Of a stretch of 64,000 nucleotides of DNA, positions 60,140 to 64,000 are shown in pieces. This DNA comes from Candidatus Multivoradales bacterium (GTDB lineage Bacteria; Acidobacteriota; Thermoanaerobaculia; Multivoradales; JAHEKO01). A model generated the notes under the pieces. The model did not search any database. It was not told where the DNA came from and worked only from the letters and a program-made list of their open reading frames with translations. A program made the position numbers and the translations under genes. The stretch is taken from positions 64,001-128,000 of the forward strand of contig CBDCXM010000002.1 of NCBI GenBank assembly GCA_965223855.1, written 5' to 3'. Positions within the stretch are counted from its first letter, which is position 1, and each line of letters opens with the position of its first letter.

Positions 60140-61420
60140 GTGGCAGCGATGTCGACGGCGACGAGGCGGCTGGCGACAAGCATGTCGCTGTCGGTCGCCG
60201 TTTCTCTGTCGTCCGTGACCCCCTCGGCCTCGCAGCAGGTCGCCCTCACGCTCCACGCCACAGGCTTCGACCGGGTGTCGGGGATCGCCCACGCCGGTGA
60301 CGGCTCGGGGCGGCTGTTCGTCGTCGAACGCGACGGACTCGTCTGGGCGCTCGACTCCGGCGGCCAGCGAGGCGTCGATCCGTACCTCGATCTCACGGAC
60401 CGGATTGGGGGGCCTGGCATGGAGCTGGGGTTGCTCGCCCTCGCCTTCGCGCCGGACTTCGAGGCCAGCCGGCGACTGTTCGTCGCCTACACCGACACCG
60501 CGGACGACGTCGTGATCTCGCGGTTCCTCGAGGATGCCGCCGACCCGGCGCACGCCGATCCCGACTCGGAATCGCCGGTCCTCGCCATCCCGCAGCCGAC
60601 CGAGCTTCACAACGTCCACCACCTCGCCTTCGGCCCGGACGGCTATCTCTACGTCGCCTCCGGTGACGGCGGCCCGGCCGGAGACCCGCTCGGCAACGCC
60701 CAGAACCTCGGCGTGCTGCTCGGGAAGATCCTGAGACTCGACGTCGACGTCGCGACCGGCTACTCGATCCCTCCCGACAATCCCTTCATCTCCGTGCCGG
60801 GAGCGCGTGCGGAGATCTGGGCGTACGGGCTCAGGAACCCGGCCGACCTCACCTTCGATAGCGACTCAGGCGACCTGATCCTGACCGACGTCGGCCAGGC
60901 CTCCTGGGAGGAGATCAACCGCCAGCCGGGGACGAGCGGCGGGGGAGAGAATTACGGCTGGCCGTTTCGCGAGGGCTTCGAATGTTTCAACCCGCCGACC
61001 GGCTGCCCGGCGGCCGGTTTCACTCCACCGGTGACGGTCTACCCGCATACCGAAGGACGGTGCGCGGTGATCGGCGTCGGGTGGTCACGCCTCGCCCCGG
61101 AACTGTCGGGCCGGGTCGTCTTCGGAGATTTCTGCACGGGGGGCCTGTCGACAGCCCGTCCCGGTTGTCTCGGATGGCGGCAGACCGAACAGGCCGAGGT
61201 CGTAGGAGGTCTCAGCGCCATCGGACAGGACGAGGCGGGAGAGATCTACGCAGCGGCATGGTCGACCGACGGGAGCGGGGAGTTGTGGCGTCTCGACGGC
61301 GTCACCGGGACGCTCTATGCAGACGATTTCGAGAGCGGCGACCTGGCGGAGTGGTCGGCGTGCCGGGGGGTCGATGCGCCGTCCGCCGAGGTCAGCGGAA
61401 GACGACGTCGATCCCCATAG
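60140..61420 (+). CDS. PQQ-dependent glucose/sorbosone dehydrogenase family protein with DDFESGD tail
   Basis: FGPDGYLY...GDGG, LGKILRLD, PPDNPF, GLRNP and DVGQ..WEEIN motifs; LYADDFESGDLAEWS near the C-terminus. Confidence 0.85.
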   Translation: MAAMSTATRRLATSMSLSVAVSLSSVTPSASQQVALTLHATGFDRVSGIAHAGDGSGRLFVVERDGLVWALDSGGQRGVDPYLDLTDRIGGPGMELGLLALAFAPDFEASRRLFVAYTDTADDVVISRFLEDAADPAHADPDSESPVLAIPQPTELHNVHHLAFGPDGYLYVASGDGGPAGDPLGNAQNLGVLLGKILRLDVDVATGYSIPPDNPFISVPGARAEIWAYGLRNPADLTFDSDSGDLILTDVGQASWEEINRQPGTSGGGENYGWPFREGFECFNPPTGCPAAGFTPPVTVYPHTEGRCAVIGVGWSRLAPELSGRVVFGDFCTGGLSTARPGCLGWRQTEQAEVVGGLSAIGQDEAGEIYAAAWSTDGSGELWRLDGVTGTLYADDFESGDLAEWSACRGVDAPSAEVSGRRRRSP

Positions 61421-61637
61421 CGCTGCGACCGGCGATCTTCGGGATCTGCCGTGCCTCGGTGCCAGGTGAGTGGCGGGGTGAAAGGGGGGCAGCAGACTGC
61501 GCAGGGTCCACCGAGCGGCAAGTGGGCGCGGGGCCAGCTCGAGAGGTGGTGGCAACGGGATTGCAGCTCACGGCTTTCAGCTATCGGAGATCACGAGGAG
61601 ACGGCGAACGAAAGAGACGACGACAGGGAGGTCTCGG

Positions 61638-64000
61638 ATGAGAGTTGGCAGCGCGTGGGCGGCAGCTGGAGTGGGAGCGACGATGATGGTGTTGCTCGCT
61701 GGTGCGATATCGGCACAGCCATCCCAGCTGGAAGTGATGCGCATCCATCCCAGCGGGGAACAGGTACCTTCCGGGCGCCAGGTCGTCGTTCACTTCAACC
61801 AGCCGGTCGTGCCGCTGGGGCGGATGGCACGCTTGTCCTCGGAGGTCCCGGCGACGATCACTCCCGATCCCGGGTGTGAGTGGCGCTGGCTGAGCACCTC
61901 CTCTCTGGCATGCCAACTTGGCGAGTCCAACGCACTCGCTTATGCCACAAAGTACCTTGTCGAGGTGCAGGCCGGCTTCACCTCGGCGACCGGAGCTGTG
62001 CTTCGGGAGGGGGTCGCCGAGCACTTCGAGACCGAGCGCCCTAAGGTTCGCTACCACCGTTTCGAGACCTGGCGCTCGCCTGGGATCCCTCGCGCTCGAA
62101 TCACGTTCAACCAGCCGGTCGACGCAGCTTCCGTCGCCCCGGCCGTCCGCTTCGAGACCGCCGGCGGGGCGGCGCGGACCTGGGTCCTGCCACCGGACGA
62201 CTCGGCGATCGGAAGCGGGGCAACCGAGGACGGCCGCACCTGGTGGGTGGAGCCGGTCCAGCCCCTCGATCCTGGGCAGGAGGTTCGGCTCACGATTCAC
62301 CCCGGTGTCCGCTCGCTTGTCGGTCCGCTCCCCGGCAATGAGGATCGGTTACTGGCGACGTTCTCGACCTTTCCCGAGCCGGAGTTCCTGGGGATCGACT
62401 GCCGCGACTACCGCGGCAACCGTCGCGAGTGGTCGCCGATCGCTTCCCGTCCGGCCGACGTCGGAGACGGGAGCGCAGGTTGCGACCCGCTCGGCGGCGT
62501 CGGGCTCGTCTTTTCTTCGCCGGTCACGGTCGAATCGCTGGCAAAGAGCTTGGAAGTGACCCCGCCGCTCGCCGGAGATCGCGAGGACTTCGATCCGTGG
62601 GACGGCGTCTACTCCTATTCGAGGCTCGGTCGCGCCTCGCGACGACACCGCTACGCCGTTCCGCTGCCCGTGGGCCTGGCCGCTATGACGCAGTACCGTC
62701 TGCGCGCTCGAGCTGCCGAGATCCTCGACGAGTTCGGTCGCCCGCTGCCCCGGGACATCGATTTCACGTTCACGACGGGACACCGCCGTCCCCGCTTCGT
62801 GCTCGACGATCCCGTCTCGACTCTCGAGGAGGGAGTCGAATCCCACCCGACTGGGGTGGTGACGAACCTAGACGGCATCGAGATCGACTTCCGCCGACGC
62901 AAGCCCGCCGGGTCGTGGACGAAGGGCAGCGAGCTCTTCGAGCTGCCCGCCGTCGTCGATGTCGCCTACCGCCACCCCATCCCGACGCGGGCTCTTCTCG
63001 AGGGTGGAGAGGGCGCTGTGGTCGGGCGGCTTCTCACGACCCCCTCCACCACCCAGGGGGGGCGCTGGTTCTTCTCGCAGGTCACCTCCTTCCAGGTGCA
63101 TGTGAAGGCCGGGTTCCACAACTCTCTCGTCTGGGTCACCGACCTGGCGTCTGGGGAGCCGGTGGAAGGCGCCTCCGTGGAAGTCTTCCTGTCCAGCTAT
63201 GCGTCGCTCGACGACGGAGAGGTCGTGGCAGCAGCCGAGACCGACGACAGCGGGCTCGCACATCTTCCGGGCACCGCGAGCCTCGATCCGGAGCATGAAC
63301 TCACCGCGAGCTGGAGGCACAGAGACGAGCAGCACCTCGTCGTGCGAGTCGGCGCCGGCGAGTCGATGGCCCTGGTGCCGCTCGCCGACGACTTCTCCGT
63401 TCGCGGCCGGGGCCCGAACCGGTCCTATCTCCCCACCTGGAGGCGACAGGCTCACGGCCACCTGGTGACCTGGGGCTTTACCGCCCAGGGGATCTACCGT
63501 GCCGGCGATACCGTCGAGTACAAGATCTACGTCCGCGAGGAAGGCAATCGCACTCTCGAGAGCGCCCCTGCCGGTCCCTACGGTCTCGAGGTGCGCGATC
63601 CGGCCGGGAAGGTGGTCCACCGGCGGGCGGATCTCGAACTCAACGAGTTCGGTGCCTTCGACGGGTCGTTCACACTGTCTCGCCAGGGAGCGGTCGGCTG
63701 GCACAGCTTTGAGCTGACCGCCGGCTTCGCTGCGGATCTCGGCTGGACGCCGCTGAGGATGCTGGTCAGTGACTTTGTGCCGGCCCCCTTCCGGGTTGCG
63801 GTCGATCTCGACCGCGAGCTCGTTCGCGATGGAGAGACCGTCGCACTGACGACCTCGGCGGCGCTGCACGCCGGCGGTCCCTACGTGCATGCGCCGACCC
63901 GCATCACGGCGCGTCTCGTACCGGGGCGCTTCCGCCCGGAGGATCCGCGGGCGACCGGGTTCCTCTTCGACACGGGGAGCGCCGAATCCGTAGCGCTGCT
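61638..64000 (+). CDS. Bacterial alpha-2-macroglobulin family protein (partial, runs off the right edge)
   Basis: Not in the ORF track. ATG 61638 with SD GGAGG and a signal peptide; FNQPV and EWRWL Ig repeats; the MG2 motif TAQGIYRAGDTVEYK at 63480 is in the same frame. Confidence 0.85.
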   Translation, partial: MRVGSAWAAAGVGATMMVLLAGAISAQPSQLEVMRIHPSGEQVPSGRQVVVHFNQPVVPLGRMARLSSEVPATITPDPGCEWRWLSTSSLACQLGESNALAYATKYLVEVQAGFTSATGAVLREGVAEHFETERPKVRYHRFETWRSPGIPRARITFNQPVDAASVAPAVRFETAGGAARTWVLPPDDSAIGSGATEDGRTWWVEPVQPLDPGQEVRLTIHPGVRSLVGPLPGNEDRLLATFSTFPEPEFLGIDCRDYRGNRREWSPIASRPADVGDGSAGCDPLGGVGLVFSSPVTVESLAKSLEVTPPLAGDREDFDPWDGVYSYSRLGRASRRHRYAVPLPVGLAAMTQYRLRARAAEILDEFGRPLPRDIDFTFTTGHRRPRFVLDDPVSTLEEGVESHPTGVVTNLDGIEIDFRRRKPAGSWTKGSELFELPAVVDVAYRHPIPTRALLEGGEGAVVGRLLTTPSTTQGGRWFFSQVTSFQVHVKAGFHNSLVWVTDLASGEPVEGASVEVFLSSYASLDDGEVVAAAETDDSGLAHLPGTASLDPEHELTASWRHRDEQHLVVRVGAGESMALVPLADDFSVRGRGPNRSYLPTWRRQAHGHLVTWGFTAQGIYRAGDTVEYKIYVREEGNRTLESAPAGPYGLEVRDPAGKVVHRRADLELNEFGAFDGSFTLSRQGAVGWHSFELTAGFAADLGWTPLRMLVSDFVPAPFRVAVDLDRELVRDGETVALTTSAALHAGGPYVHAPTRITARLVPGRFRPEDPRATGFLFDTGSAESVAL

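Overview
A GC-rich bacterial window, probably Acidobacteriota of the Thermoanaerobaculia type. This is inferred from an Acidobacterial VWA protein, many secreted proteins and a recurrent C-terminal FxDGFESGD tail. Contents in order: secreted hypothetical proteins; a garbled, gene-poor insert at about 3.1-4.8 kb (possible IS remnant or consensus artefact); folM/folX(B)-ytxJ; infC with an ATC start; a 4-hydroxybenzoyl-CoA-reductase-like hcrCAB trio; ilvE; a degenerate RAYT-like HUH protein; prolyl oligopeptidase; a di-heme cytochrome; a TorD chaperone; a sulfatase/GT-C/sulfatase block; a divergent cbb3-type oxidase operon with maturation genes; a Blh-like sulfurtransferase plus FeS-NrfD fusion plus frameshifted molybdoenzyme; mmuM; Elp3; a VWA protein; prmA; a pentaheme cytochrome; a probable GalNAc salvage operon (NTP transferase, GHMP kinase, SSS, GH109); a PQQ dehydrogenase; and the start of an alpha-2-macroglobulin gene. 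No rRNA, tRNA or CRISPR array was recognised. Best novelty candidates: (1) a shared C-terminal FxDGFESGDxxxWS tail on three unrelated secreted proteins (putative sorting or anchoring tag); (2) mini-ORF relays bridging operon junctions; (3) the divergent cbb3 and sulfur-type molybdoenzyme respiratory region; (4) an Hcr-like molybdoenzyme with Gln at the catalytic Glu position. All family assignments are from motif recognition by eye, without database searches.
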